Assembly (NCBI GenBank): GCA_963204835.1
Contig: CAUJHJ010000007.1
Coordinates: 23,762 to 87,761 of the forward strand
From: Pseudomonadota bacterium
GTDB taxonomy: Bacteria; Pseudomonadota; Gammaproteobacteria; Steroidobacterales; Steroidobacteraceae
Length of the DNA: 64,000 nucleotides
Direction of reading: 5' to 3'
Shown: positions 50,542 through 61,818 of the stretch, in pieces
Layout of the letters: each line of letters begins with the position of its first letter
Position numbering within the stretch: position 1 is the stretch's first letter
Program-made: the position numbers and the translations under genes
Notes under the pieces: model-generated
What the model saw: the letters and a program-made list of their open reading frames with translations, nothing else
Database searches by the model: none
What the model was told of the DNA's origin: nothing

Positions 50542-50915
50542 CGGGGGTCGTCGCGCGTGCGTTCGATCGCGACGCCGACATCGCGCGAGCCGCGGATGGC
50601 GCCGGGCTTGTTGACCGCAACGCGCACCCACTCGACGGCAAACTCGGCGAGGATCAGCTGCGCGATGCGCTCGGCGAGGGTCTCGACAAGCTGGAACTCC
50701 GAGGCCTCGACAAAGGCGATCACGCGCTTGGCGACTTTCTTGTAGTCGAGAGTGTCCTCGACCTGGTCGCGCACCGCGGCCGCGCGGCAGTCGACCGGCA
50801 GCTCGAGGTCGATCACCACCGTCTGCTTGATGCGGCGTTCCCAGTCGATGAAGCCGATCACGCAGTCGATCGCCAGTCCGCGCAGGAAGATCCGGTCGGG
50901 TGCACTGTGGCTCAT
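50538..50915 (-). CDS. folB: dihydroneopterin aldolase
   Basis: DRIFLRGLAIDCVIGFIDWERRIKQTVVIDLEL...DTLDYKKVAKRV...LVETLAERIA. Confidence 0.88.
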   Translation of the reverse strand: MSHSAPDRIFLRGLAIDCVIGFIDWERRIKQTVVIDLELPVDCRAAAVRDQVEDTLDYKKVAKRVIAFVEASEFQLVETLAERIAQLILAEFAVEWVRVAVNKPGAIRGSRDVGVAIERTRDDPR

Positions 50916-51950
50916 TCAACTTTCCTTGGGGTCGGGGCGGGGCGCTGCGAGGCTCTCGAGCGGCCATTGCGCGCGCGCCTCGATCGCGAGGTCGACGTGC
51001 TCGCCGGCGGCTAGCCGCGCCAGCCCCGCGACCGCGATCATCGCAGCATTGTCGGTGCAGAACTCGAGGCGCGGGAAGTGCACGCGCGCGCCGCGCCGCG
51101 CGGTCGCGGCAGTGAGCGCGCCACGCAGGGCGCGGTTGGCGCCGACGCCGCCTGCCACGACCAGCGCATCGAGGCCGGTCGCTTCGAGGGCGCGCATCGC
51201 CTTCGCCACGAGCGTCGCGACGATCGCATCCTCGACGCCGCGTGCGACATCCGGGCGCCGCGCCGGATCGAAGCCGGGGTCCTTCACGGCAAGGCTCACG
51301 GCGGTCTTCAGGCCCGAGAAGCTGAACTCGAGCCCCGGCCGGTCGAGCATCGGCCGCGGAAAGTCGTAGGCACCCGCGCGCCCGTCCTGCGCGAGGCGCG
51401 CGAGTTCCGGCCCGCCCGGATACGGCAGGCCGAGCAGCTTCGCGGTCTTGTCGAAGGCCTCGCCCGCCGCGTCGTCGCGCGTTTCGCCGAGCAGGCGGTA
51501 GTCGCCGATCGCGCGTACTTCCACGAGCATCGTGTGCCCGCCCGACACGAGCAGCGCCACGTGCGGAAAGGCTGGCGGTTCCGGCTCGAGCATCGGCGCG
51601 AGCAAGTGCCCCTCGAGGTGGTGCACGTTCACGGCGGGCACGCCCCAGGCATAAGCGAGGCTGCGCGCGAGCGCGGCGCCCGTCAGCAGTGCGCCGATCA
51701 GGCCGGGCCCGGCCGTGAAGGCGACGCCGCTGATGTCCGCGCGGGTTGAATTGGCTTGCGCGAGGGCCGCGCGCACCAGCGGGACGAGGCGCCGCACGTG
51801 ATCGCGCGAGGCGAGTTCGGGCACGACGCCGCCGTAGAGGCGATGCTCGTCGATCTGCGAATGCAGCACGTGCGCCAGCAGGCCGCGCGCGTCGTCGAGG
51901 ACGGCGACGGCGCTCTCGTCACAGGAGGATTCGATGGCGAGCACGCGCAT
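50916..51950 (-). CDS. tsaD: tRNA N6-adenosine threonylcarbamoyltransferase
   Basis: [17 protein letters not shown]...GPGLIGALL...HHLEGHL...VSGGHT...[10 protein letters not shown]. Confidence 0.93.
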   Translation of the reverse strand: MRVLAIESSCDESAVAVLDDARGLLAHVLHSQIDEHRLYGGVVPELASRDHVRRLVPLVRAALAQANSTRADISGVAFTAGPGLIGALLTGAALARSLAYAWGVPAVNVHHLEGHLLAPMLEPEPPAFPHVALLVSGGHTMLVEVRAIGDYRLLGETRDDAAGEAFDKTAKLLGLPYPGGPELARLAQDGRAGAYDFPRPMLDRPGLEFSFSGLKTAVSLAVKDPGFDPARRPDVARGVEDAIVATLVAKAMRALEATGLDALVVAGGVGANRALRGALTAATARRGARVHFPRLEFCTDNAAMIAVAGLARLAAGEHVDLAIEARAQWPLESLAAPRPDPKES

Positions 51951-52044
51951 TTTTGCGTTTTTACCGGGAGGCCCTTAGAATTCCCGCCCTTGTGCCCTGA
52001 GGGACGGGGCATAATTCCTGTAAATTCAATGAGTTGAGGTTTCG

Positions 52045-52251
52045 ATGCCGAGCGTTCGTGTACGCGAAAACGAGTTCTTCGACGCCGCGCTGCGCCGTTT
52101 CAAGCGCGCGTGCGAGAAAGCGGGCGTGCTCACGGAGCTGCGCCGGCGGGAATTCTACGAAAAGCCGACCCAGGAACGGAAACGCAAGAAGGCCGCCGCG
52201 GTCAAGCGGCACCTGAAGCGCAATTCCCGCGACGGCGCGCCGCGGCGCTGA
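52045..52251 (+). CDS. rpsU: 30S ribosomal protein S21
   Basis: [49 protein letters not shown]. Confidence 0.95.
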   Translation: MPSVRVRENEFFDAALRRFKRACEKAGVLTELRRREFYEKPTQERKRKKAAAVKRHLKRNSRDGAPRR

Positions 52252-52258
52252 TCGCAAG

Positions 52259-52708
52259 ATGACGCTCAAGGAGCGCATCACCGAAGACATGAAGGCCGCC
52301 ATGCGCGCCGGCGAGAAGGATCGCCTCGGCGTCATCCGCATGTTGCAGGCGGCCATCAAGCAGCGCGAAGTCGACGAGCGCATCGCGCTCGACGATGCGC
52401 AGGTCACCGCCGTCCTCGAGAAGATGGTCAAGCAGCGGCGCGAGTCGATCGCGCAGTTCGAAGCGGGCGGCCGCGGCGATCTCGTCGCCAAGGAGACCGC
52501 GGAACTCACGCTGCTTCAGGGCTACCTGCCCGCCCAGCTCTCCGACTCCGAGCTCGACGCGCTGATCGCCGCCGCCATCGCCCAGACCGGCGCCACGTCC
52601 GTGAAGGACATGGGCAAGGTCATGGGCATCGTGAAGGGCCAGGCGGCGGGCAAGGCCGACATGGGCACCGTCGGCGCCCGCATCAAGGCGCGGCTCGGCG
52701 CCGGCTGA
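52259..52708 (+). CDS. yqeY: GatB/YqeY-domain protein
   Basis: LKERITEDMKAAMRAGEKDRL..IRMLQAAIKQREVD...ELTLLQGYLP...KDMGKVMG. Confidence 0.88.
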   Translation: MTLKERITEDMKAAMRAGEKDRLGVIRMLQAAIKQREVDERIALDDAQVTAVLEKMVKQRRESIAQFEAGGRGDLVAKETAELTLLQGYLPAQLSDSELDALIAAAIAQTGATSVKDMGKVMGIVKGQAAGKADMGTVGARIKARLGAG

Positions 52709-52731
52709 GCCGGACTTCCCCGCGCCCCGTC

Positions 52732-52911
52732 ATGCTCGCAGGACGCGGATTTGCCACCCTGGCGGTCCTCGCGCTCATCGCGCTCGCCTGCAGCGTCATT
52801 GCGCGACGCCTCGGGCGCGAACCGCGCAAGCGCACCCGCCTCGCCCTCACGGGCGTCGTCGCGGCATTGCTGTTCGCAGCCGGCCTCCTCGCCTTCATTC
52901 TCGCGCGTTGA
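52732..52911 (+). CDS. candidate 59-aa two-helix membrane protein (below the ORF-track length cut-off)
   Basis: ATG at 52732 and TGA at 52909-52911, translated by hand: MLAGRGFATLAVLALIALACSVIARRLGREPRKRTRLALTGVVAALLFAAGLLAFILAR. 48 of 59 codons end in G or C. No obvious SD. Confidence 0.35.
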   Translation: MLAGRGFATLAVLALIALACSVIARRLGREPRKRTRLALTGVVAALLFAAGLLAFILAR

Positions 52912-52939
52912 GCCCGCACGGCGTGGCTTACTATGCGGC

Positions 52940-54769
52940 ATGGCCGGCCGCATTCCGCAGCATTTCATCGACGACCTGATCGGGCGCACCGACATCGTCG
53001 AGCTGATCGGCAGCCGCGTGCCGCTCAAGAAGGCCGGGCGCGAGTACAAGGCGTGCTGCCCGTTCCATGACGAGAAATCGCCCTCCTTCTGGGTGAGTCC
53101 CGACAAGCAGTTCTACCACTGCTTCGGCTGCGGGGCGCACGGCACGGCGCTCGGCTTCCTGATGAACTACGACCGCCTCGCCTTTCCCGAGGCCGTCGAG
53201 GAACTCGCGACGCGCGCCGGCGTCGAGGTGCCGCGCGAAGGCGGCGACGACCGCCCGCACGATTCGACCGATGCGCTGTACGAACTGAATGCGCGGGTCG
53301 CGAAGCACTTCGCCACGACGCTCGCGGGCGACGCGCGGGCGCGGGCCTATGTCGGCAAGCGCGGGCTCGATGCCGAATCGGTGGCGCGCTTCCAGATCGG
53401 CTTCGCAACCAATTCCTGGAACGAGGTGTTGCGCAAGTTCGGCCGGGACGCCGCGGCCACACGCCAGCTCGCCGAACTCGGGCTCGTGATCGAACGCGAG
53501 GGCGAGGCGCGCGACGGCGAGCGGCACTACGACCGTTTCCGCGACCGGCTGATGTTCCCGATCCGCGACGCGCGCGGCCGCACGATCGCGTTCGGCGGGC
53601 GCGTGATCGGCGAAGGCGAGCCGAAGTACCTCAATTCGCCCGAGACCCCGCTCTTCCACAAGGGCCGCGAGCTCTACGGGCTCTACGAAGTGCGCCAGAG
53701 CCGCGCCAGGCTCACGCGCCTGCTGGTCGTCGAGGGTTACATCGACGTCGTGCGCCTGCACCAGGCCGGCATTCGCTACGCCGTGGCGACGCTCGGCACC
53801 GCCACGACGCCCGAGCACCTGAAGCGAATTTTCCGGCTGGTCAGCGAAGTGGTGTTCGCCTTCGACGGCGATCGTGCCGGACGGGCCGCCGCATGGCGCG
53901 CACTCGCGAACGCCCTGCCCGAGGTGCGCGAGGGGCGCGAGATCCGCTTCCTGTTCCTGCCCGAGGGCCACGACCCCGACACGCTCGTGGCGGAGGAAGG
54001 CGCGCAAGCCTTCGAGCGCCGGCTCGACGACGCGCTGCCGCTGTCCGAGTACCTCGTGCGCGAACTCGCCGCGCAGGCAGACCTCGGCCATGCCGACGGC
54101 CGTGCGCATTTTGCCGAGCTCGCGCGCCCGTTGGTCGCGCGCGTCGCGGCGGGCGTTTACCGGGAACTGCTCATTGCGCGCATCGCGGAATCCATCCGGC
54201 TGCCGGCCGACCGGCTCGCCGCGCTGTGGCAGCAAGGCGGCAGGGCGGCCTCGGCGCCAACTCAGGCGCCAGCATCCGCATCGCGTGTCGCCCGCTCCCC
54301 ACGCCTGCGCCAGGGCGTTGCGGGCCGTCGCGGGCTCGTGGGCCAGGCGGTGCAGGCCCTGCTGCACCATCCGTCTGCCGCGGCGCAGCTCGATGCCGCG
54401 CTGATCGAGGCACTTGCGCGCGTCGAGGAGCCTGGAGTTTCGATCCTGCGCGAGTTGCTCGACGACCTGCGTCGCGACCCGGCCGCGACGACGGCCCAGA
54501 TCCTCGAGCGCTGGCGCGATCGCGCGGAGGGCCCGAGGCTCGCGCACCTCGCGATGGAGGAATCGCTGGTGCCCGGCCCGAAGGCAGCCGCCGAGGAAAT
54601 CGCGACCGCGCTCGCGCGCTTGGCCGCGACGGCCGCCAAGCGGCGGGTGGAGGCGCTGCTCGCCAAGAGCCAAGGCCCGGGGCTGTCGACGGAAGAAAAG
54701 ATTGAACTTCAAGCACTTATGACCGCCCCAGCGCCTCCTGCCGGGGCAATCCGCCACCCCCGACCCTGA
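52940..54769 (+). CDS. dnaG: DNA primase
   Basis: IPQHFIDDLIGRTDIVELIG...CCPFHDEKSPSFWVSPDKQFYHCFGCGAHG (zinc ribbon) and the TOPRIM domain (VVEGYIDV...DGDRAG). ATG at 52940. Confidence 0.93.
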   Translation: MAGRIPQHFIDDLIGRTDIVELIGSRVPLKKAGREYKACCPFHDEKSPSFWVSPDKQFYHCFGCGAHGTALGFLMNYDRLAFPEAVEELATRAGVEVPREGGDDRPHDSTDALYELNARVAKHFATTLAGDARARAYVGKRGLDAESVARFQIGFATNSWNEVLRKFGRDAAATRQLAELGLVIEREGEARDGERHYDRFRDRLMFPIRDARGRTIAFGGRVIGEGEPKYLNSPETPLFHKGRELYGLYEVRQSRARLTRLLVVEGYIDVVRLHQAGIRYAVATLGTATTPEHLKRIFRLVSEVVFAFDGDRAGRAAAWRALANALPEVREGREIRFLFLPEGHDPDTLVAEEGAQAFERRLDDALPLSEYLVRELAAQADLGHADGRAHFAELARPLVARVAAGVYRELLIARIAESIRLPADRLAALWQQGGRAASAPTQAPASASRVARSPRLRQGVAGRRGLVGQAVQALLHHPSAAAQLDAALIEALARVEEPGVSILRELLDDLRRDPAATTAQILERWRDRAEGPRLAHLAMEESLVPGPKAAAEEIATALARLAATAAKRRVEALLAKSQGPGLSTEEKIELQALMTAPAPPAGAIRHPRP

Positions 54770-54895
54770 TTGCGCGGGAATTTGGCGGCTTGCGGCGTGT
54801 CTTGAGTACAATACGCAGCTTTTCCTCGCCACCCTATCAATGCCTGCCCCCGGTTACGGGTGCGGGGGGGTGCGAGCCTTCATTCGGCACGGGAT

Positions 54896-56994
<2,099 letters not shown>

Positions 56995-56998
<4 letters not shown>

Positions 56999-57426
56999 AG
57001 CACCTTCGCGAAATGGTGGCTCGTGATGTCGAGCCCCTTGTGCAGGTAGAAGCGATGCGCGCCGAAGCGCTGCACGCCCGAGTCGAGGTGGAGCTGCGCG
57101 CAGCCCACCGCACGCGCCTCGCCCACCAGCCAGTCGAGCAGCGCGCTGCCGTAGCCCGCGCCGTGGTCCACGGCGCGCGTCACGAGGTCATCCACGTAAA
57201 GGATGCGCCCCCAGGCGAGTGTCTCGAGGTAGCGGTAGCCCGCCGCCGAGCGCGCGAGCCCGCCATCGGACAGCAGCACGAGCCGGTAGCCTTCCCGCTC
57301 CTGCTGGCGCTGCGCCTGTTCGACGAACGCCTCGAGCGTGAGCTGCGTGCGCAGCTCGCGCACCACTTCCCATGCCCTCTCGAGCTCGGCACGCGTGGCG
57401 GCCGTCGCGATCGAGAGCGTCTGCAT
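56995..57426 (-). CDS. GNAT-family N-acetyltransferase
   Basis: [26 protein letters not shown]...[16 protein letters not shown]. Start set at the ATG at 57426, a 1-nt overlap with the upstream stop. Confidence 0.8.
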
Positions 57427-57731
57427 CAGGAACCGGGCCGCACCGGCGACGACGCATCGGCGCCGACCGCGGTGGTCCACGGCCGCACGCGCCACTGCGT
57501 GACGAGCCCGCCCGTGACATAGGGGTCGTTCTTCGCGAAGCGCTCGGCCGCTTCGGGAGAGTCTCCCTTGAACAGCATCGCGGAGCCTGCCGGCGCATCC
57601 GTGAAGGCGCCGGCGAGCACGAGCTCGCCGCGGTCATGCGCTTCCCAGGCAAGCGCGAGATGCCGCCCGCGCAGCGGCTTGCGCAGTTCGGCGAAATCAG
57701 GGACGAAGTCGTACATCAGCAGGTAGTGCAT
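57426..57731 (-). CDS. YciI-family protein
   Basis: MHYLLMYDFVPD...LRGRHLALAWEAHDRGELVLAGAF...FAKNDPYV. Confidence 0.8.
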   Translation of the reverse strand: MHYLLMYDFVPDFAELRKPLRGRHLALAWEAHDRGELVLAGAFTDAPAGSAMLFKGDSPEAAERFAKNDPYVTGGLVTQWRVRPWTTAVGADASSPVRPGS

Positions 57732-57773
57732 CGGGCCTCCCGCGACAAAGGATACCAGCGCCGCCGCGATGGG

Positions 57774-58208
57774 CTAGCGTCGCAGCACCAACAACAGCGC
57801 ACCGGTGCAGATCATCGCGATGCCCGCCCAATCCCGCGGCGCGGGTCGCTCCCCGAGGAAGATGACGGCGAACACGGCGACCAGGACGACGCTCAATTTA
57901 TCCACCGGCGCCACCAGCGCCGCATCGCCGAGCTGCAGCGCGCGGAAGTAACACAGCCACGAAGCGCCCGTGGCGAGGCCCGACAGCAGGAGGAAGAGCA
58001 GCGCGCGCCGGGGCAATGCGAACGGATTGCTCCACTTGCCGGTGAGCGCGATGAGAGCGGACAACGCGACGAGCACCACCACGGTGCGCAGCAGCGTGGC
58101 GAGGTCGGAATCGACGCCCTGCACGCCGAGCTTGGCGAAAATCGCAGTCAGGGCGGCGAACACCGCGGACAGCAGCGCCCAGAAGACCCAGGTCGCCGGC
58201 GTGGCCAT
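57774..58208 (-). CDS. single-EamA-domain (DMT superfamily) membrane protein
   Basis: 144 aa with five hydrophobic helices. WVFWALLSAVFAALTAIFAKLG...APVDKLSVVLVAVFAVIFLGE. Confidence 0.75.
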   Translation of the reverse strand: MATPATWVFWALLSAVFAALTAIFAKLGVQGVDSDLATLLRTVVVLVALSALIALTGKWSNPFALPRRALLFLLLSGLATGASWLCYFRALQLGDAALVAPVDKLSVVLVAVFAVIFLGERPAPRDWAGIAMICTGALLLVLRR

Positions 58209-58216
58209 TGCCGTAC

Positions 58217-58771
58217 CTAGGTTCGCCGGCGCGCGAGCGGCAGCATCCGCGTGAGCGTATCGTCACGCTGGACGTAGTGGTGAAAGAGCGCCGCGGCCGC
58301 GTGCAGGCCGATCAGCCAGTAGCCCACCGTTCCAGCCGTCTTGTGCAGGTCCTCGATGGACTCGGCGAGCGCCTTGTCGGGCCCGATCAGTGGCGGCAAC
58401 TCGAGGCCGAAGAACGGAACCGGCTTGCCCTCGGCGCTCAGGATCAGCCAGCCCGCCACCGGCATGCCGAGCATCAGCACGTAGAGCGCGAAGTGGCCGC
58501 CCTTTGCCAGCCACGCCTGCAACGCGCCCGGTGACGGCTGGATCGCGGGCGTCGGGCCGCGCAACGCCACGACGAGGCGCACGATCGCGAGTGCAAGCAC
58601 CCCGATGCCCAGCATGAAATGCCATGTCTTGAGCGCCTCGCGCGGATCGCTGCCGCGCGGGAAATTCACCCGCAATTCGATGCAGGCATACACCGCCGCG
58701 ATCAGCAGCAGCATCAGCCAGTGCAGTGTGATGGAGAGCGACCCGTAACGATCCGTGGTGTTTCGCAACAT
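58217..58771 (-). CDS. cytochrome b561 family protein
   Basis: RYGSLSITLHWLMLLLI...WHFMLGIGVL...HKTAGTVGYWLIGLHAAAALFHHY shows the four-His pattern. An alternative TTG start lies at 58792. Confidence 0.85.
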   Translation of the reverse strand: MLRNTTDRYGSLSITLHWLMLLLIAAVYACIELRVNFPRGSDPREALKTWHFMLGIGVLALAIVRLVVALRGPTPAIQPSPGALQAWLAKGGHFALYVLMLGMPVAGWLILSAEGKPVPFFGLELPPLIGPDKALAESIEDLHKTAGTVGYWLIGLHAAAALFHHYVQRDDTLTRMLPLARRRT

Positions 58772-58792
58772 GCGGCCATCATAGCCCCGCAA

Positions 58793-59059
58793 TCAGCCGC
58801 TTCCCAGACGCTGCGCCACCTCGGTGGCGGTCAGCCCCTCGATGACCACGGCCTTGCGGGCGGATGACCGGCCCGTAACGACGCGCACGCACCCGGGAGG
58901 CAGGCCGAGGGCGGCCGCCAGCAGCGCCTCGACCGCCGCATTGGCCCGACCTCGTTCGGGCGGCGCCACGACGCGGATTTTCAAGGTATCGCCAAGCCAG
59001 CCGGCGATTTCGTCGCGCGATGCCCCGGGCACCACCTTGATCGCCAGCCTGATCGGCAA
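58793..59059 (-). CDS. yggU: DUF167 (YggU) family protein
   Basis: LAIKVVPGASRDEIAG...LKIRVVAPPERGRANAAVEALLA..LG.....V.VV.G..SR.K.V. Confidence 0.85.
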   Translation of the reverse strand: MPIRLAIKVVPGASRDEIAGWLGDTLKIRVVAPPERGRANAAVEALLAAALGLPPGCVRVVTGRSSARKAVVIEGLTATEVAQRLGSG

Positions 59060-59073
59060 GCACTGCGCCCGGT

Positions 59074-59769
59074 TCAGAAGACCGCACCGAACCAGCGGCC
59101 CACCAGCGCGGTTACCGTCATGCCGAGCGCGCCCCAGAAGGTCACCCGCGTCGCGCCGACGAGTACGCTCGAACCAGCCGCTTGGGCGGCCAGCGCCCCG
59201 AGCGTGGCCAGTGCCGCGAGCGCACCCACGCCGACGACTTCCGCAATCCAGCCCGGCGGGCTCGCGAGCGCGGCAAGGAGCGGCAGGAGCGCACCCACGG
59301 CGAAGGTGACGGCGGAAGCCGCGGCCGCCTGCACCGGCCGTGCGCGATGCACGTCGGACAGCCCCAGCTCATCGCGCGCGTGCGCCTTGAGCGCATCGTG
59401 TGCGGTCAGTTCCTCCGCCACTTCCCTGGCGAGTTGCGGCCGCAGGCCGCGCTTCACGTAGATCTGCGTGAGTTCCCTGATTTCCGCCTCGGGCTCGGTA
59501 TCGAGCTCGCGCCGCTCGCGCTCGAGGTCGGCCTTCTCCGCGTCGGCCTGCGAACTCACGGAGACATACTCGCCCGCCGCCATTGACAACGCCCCCGCCA
59601 CGAGGCCCGCCACACCGGCGACCAGGACCTCGTCGCGGCCCGCGGCGGAGGCGGCGACACCCACGACGAGGCTCGCGGTCGAGAGGATGCCGTCATTGGC
59701 GCCGAGCACGGCCGCGCGCAGCCAGCCGGTGCGACTCGAGTAGTGCCGCTCGAAATGGTGCCTACGCAT
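59074..59769 (-). CDS. VIT1/CCC1-family iron/manganese transporter
   Basis: WLRAAVLGANDGILSTASLVVGVA...SMAAGEYVSVSSQ...FWGALGMTVTALVG. Confidence 0.85.
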   Translation of the reverse strand: MRRHHFERHYSSRTGWLRAAVLGANDGILSTASLVVGVAASAAGRDEVLVAGVAGLVAGALSMAAGEYVSVSSQADAEKADLERERRELDTEPEAEIRELTQIYVKRGLRPQLAREVAEELTAHDALKAHARDELGLSDVHRARPVQAAAASAVTFAVGALLPLLAALASPPGWIAEVVGVGALAALATLGALAAQAAGSSVLVGATRVTFWGALGMTVTALVGRWFGAVF

Positions 59770-59813
59770 GCCGGCCGCGCAGCCTCGCCGCAATCATTGC
59801 CATGGTGCCTTCC

Positions 59814-60428
59814 CTACAGGTCGAAGAATTCCACGACGCCGCTCTCGAGCGAGTACTCCGCGCCGACGACCATCAAGCGCTCTTCGCGGATGCGCTGCTC
59901 GATGGCGCGCGAGCCGCGGCGCAGCTGGTTGACGGAGGACCTGATATTGGCGCGCACGGCGTGCTTCACCAGCGCCGCGTGGTCGTGTGCGATGTCGGTC
60001 GCGAGCAGCGGCTCGATCGAGGGACGCACGCGATCGACGATCGAGCGCAGGTTGCGCGATTGCTCGGCCGGCGGGAGGCCCAGTTCCTCGAGCGTGGCGA
60101 GGATCGCGCCGCAGGTCGTGTGCCCGAGCACCACGACGAGTTCCGTGCCGTAGCGCTCGGCGGCGAACTCGACACTGTCGATCTGCGAGGGCGCCACGAT
60201 ATTGCCCGCCACGCGGATCACGAACAGGTCACCGAGCCCCTGGTCGAAGATGATCTCGGCCGGCACGCGTGAGTCGGAGCAGCCGAGGAGGATCGCGAAC
60301 GGCTCCTGCGCAACCGCCACCTGCTTGCGGCGCGTGGGCGTGGTGATCGCCTCGCTCGCCAGGATTTCCGACACGAACCGCTCATTGCCCGCGCGCAGCC
60401 GCGCGAGCGCTTCACTTGCCCTGATCAT
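59814..60428 (-). CDS. beta-class carbonic anhydrase
   Basis: LLGCSDSRVPAEIIFDQGLGDLFVIRVAGN...VLGHTTCGA (Cys-Asp-Arg...His-x-x-Cys zinc site). Confidence 0.88.
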   Translation of the reverse strand: MIRASEALARLRAGNERFVSEILASEAITTPTRRKQVAVAQEPFAILLGCSDSRVPAEIIFDQGLGDLFVIRVAGNIVAPSQIDSVEFAAERYGTELVVVLGHTTCGAILATLEELGLPPAEQSRNLRSIVDRVRPSIEPLLATDIAHDHAALVKHAVRANIRSSVNQLRRGSRAIEQRIREERLMVVGAEYSLESGVVEFFDL

Positions 60429-60489
60429 TCCCGATCCCCTCCCGATTCCCTGCTGCCGTGCGCCTTGTACAGCATGAGGGGCCGGCTGG

Positions 60490-60873
60490 CTAGCGCGCGG
60501 GCGTCTCGCAGGTCACCACGAAGGCACTGGCGCGCACCGGATCGATGGGCCGCACTTCGTACTCGAGGCCAAAGGCGAGGCAGGGGCTTTGGGCCAGCAG
60601 GGCGGCGGCCTCGTCGAGGCTGCCGGCATATACGAACCAGTAGCCACCGATGACCTCCTTCGCTTCCGTGAAGGGCCCGTCCGTCACGAAATCCTGCGTC
60701 ACCCGCCTGGCCTGCGGGGCGAGGCGCTGGCCTGACTTCATCTTTCCGTCCCGCACGAGCACGTCGTGCCAGGCGTAGAACCGGTCGATGGCGCCCTGGA
60801 TGTCCTCACGCGAGGCCGTCTCGTCCCACTGGCCGCGAGAGATCACGAGGAACTCGGTCTTGTCGTCGTTCAT
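60490..60873 (-). CDS. YCII-related (DGPF-motif) protein
   Basis: FVTDGPFTEAKEVIGGYWFV matches the DGPFAETKE motif of the YCII-related family. Confidence 0.75.
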   Translation of the reverse strand: MNDDKTEFLVISRGQWDETASREDIQGAIDRFYAWHDVLVRDGKMKSGQRLAPQARRVTQDFVTDGPFTEAKEVIGGYWFVYAGSLDEAAALLAQSPCLAFGLEYEVRPIDPVRASAFVVTCETPAR

Positions 60874-61343
60874 TGGCGGGCTCCGGTGCTTGCGCCTGCG
60901 CTGCGCAGATTGTAGGTCCAGTAGAGGTCATCGCGAACCCACCCGAGTGACTCATAGAGGGCCTGCGCCGCGACGTTGTCCCTGGCCGTCATGAGGTCCA
61001 TGCGGCCGTAGCCGGCGCGCCAGGCATCGGCCGCCGCCGCCTGCAGCAGTGCGCGCGCTGCGCCGCTCCTGCGCGCGGACGGATGGCAGAACAGGTCGTG
61101 GAGGATGAGGATGCGGCCGAGCGCCAGGGAGCACAGGCTCGGATACAGCTGGCAGAAGGCAATGGTGCCGGAGTCCTGTGCCTCCGCCACGTAGAGCATG
61201 GACGACGCGCCCTCCATGCGTTCTCGAATGAACTCGCGTGACGCGACGAGGTCCGGCGCCTTGCCGTAGAACTGCCGGTACAGGTCGAACAACTGCGCCA
61301 CGCGATCGAGGTCGCCGCGCACCGCAAGGCGCGTCGTGATCAT
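60870..61343 (-). CDS. GNAT-family N-acetyltransferase
   Basis: ILHDLFCHPSARRSGAARALLQAA...AQALYESLGW. ATG at 61343. ATGA overlap at its 3' end with the next gene. Confidence 0.75.
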   Translation of the reverse strand: MITTRLAVRGDLDRVAQLFDLYRQFYGKAPDLVASREFIRERMEGASSMLYVAEAQDSGTIAFCQLYPSLCSLALGRILILHDLFCHPSARRSGAARALLQAAAADAWRAGYGRMDLMTARDNVAAQALYESLGWVRDDLYWTYNLRSAGASTGARQ

Positions 61344-61359
61344 CGCTGCGCCTCCGGGC

Positions 61360-61695
61360 TCAGGCATGGGTGGTGGCCTTCGAATAGAGATTGATGATCA
61401 TCACTCCGGCAACGATGAACAGCATGCCGATCAGGGCCGGCATATCGAGCCGCTGCCCGAGGAAGATCCAGGCAATGAGCGCGATCAGCGCCACGCCCGC
61501 GCCGGACCAGATGGCATAGGCCACGCCCACCGGCACCGTCTTCAAGGTGAGCGACAGGAAGTAGAACGCCGTCATGTAGCCGATGGTGACGATGACGGAC
61601 GGCCACAGGCGCGTGAATCCGGCGGACGCCTTGAGCGCCGATGTCGCCGCCACTTCGCACACGATGGCGACGGATAGGAAAACCCACTGTTGCAT
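61360..61695 (-). CDS. small multidrug resistance (SMR) family transporter
   Basis: [24 protein letters not shown] (conserved membrane Glu)...[16 protein letters not shown]. 111 aa with four TM segments. Confidence 0.88.
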   Translation of the reverse strand: MQQWVFLSVAIVCEVAATSALKASAGFTRLWPSVIVTIGYMTAFYFLSLTLKTVPVGVAYAIWSGAGVALIALIAWIFLGQRLDMPALIGMLFIVAGVMIINLYSKATTHA

Positions 61696-61818
61696 GGCTT
61701 GCCTCGATGGCGCGGCCAGCGCCGGACTGCCGGCAAGCCTAGGCCAGGCGGTCGGGGGCGGCAATCTCTTGCGTCGCGGCGACCTGACACCGCGATCGAG
61801 GAGAAGCCGGCGCATGGC

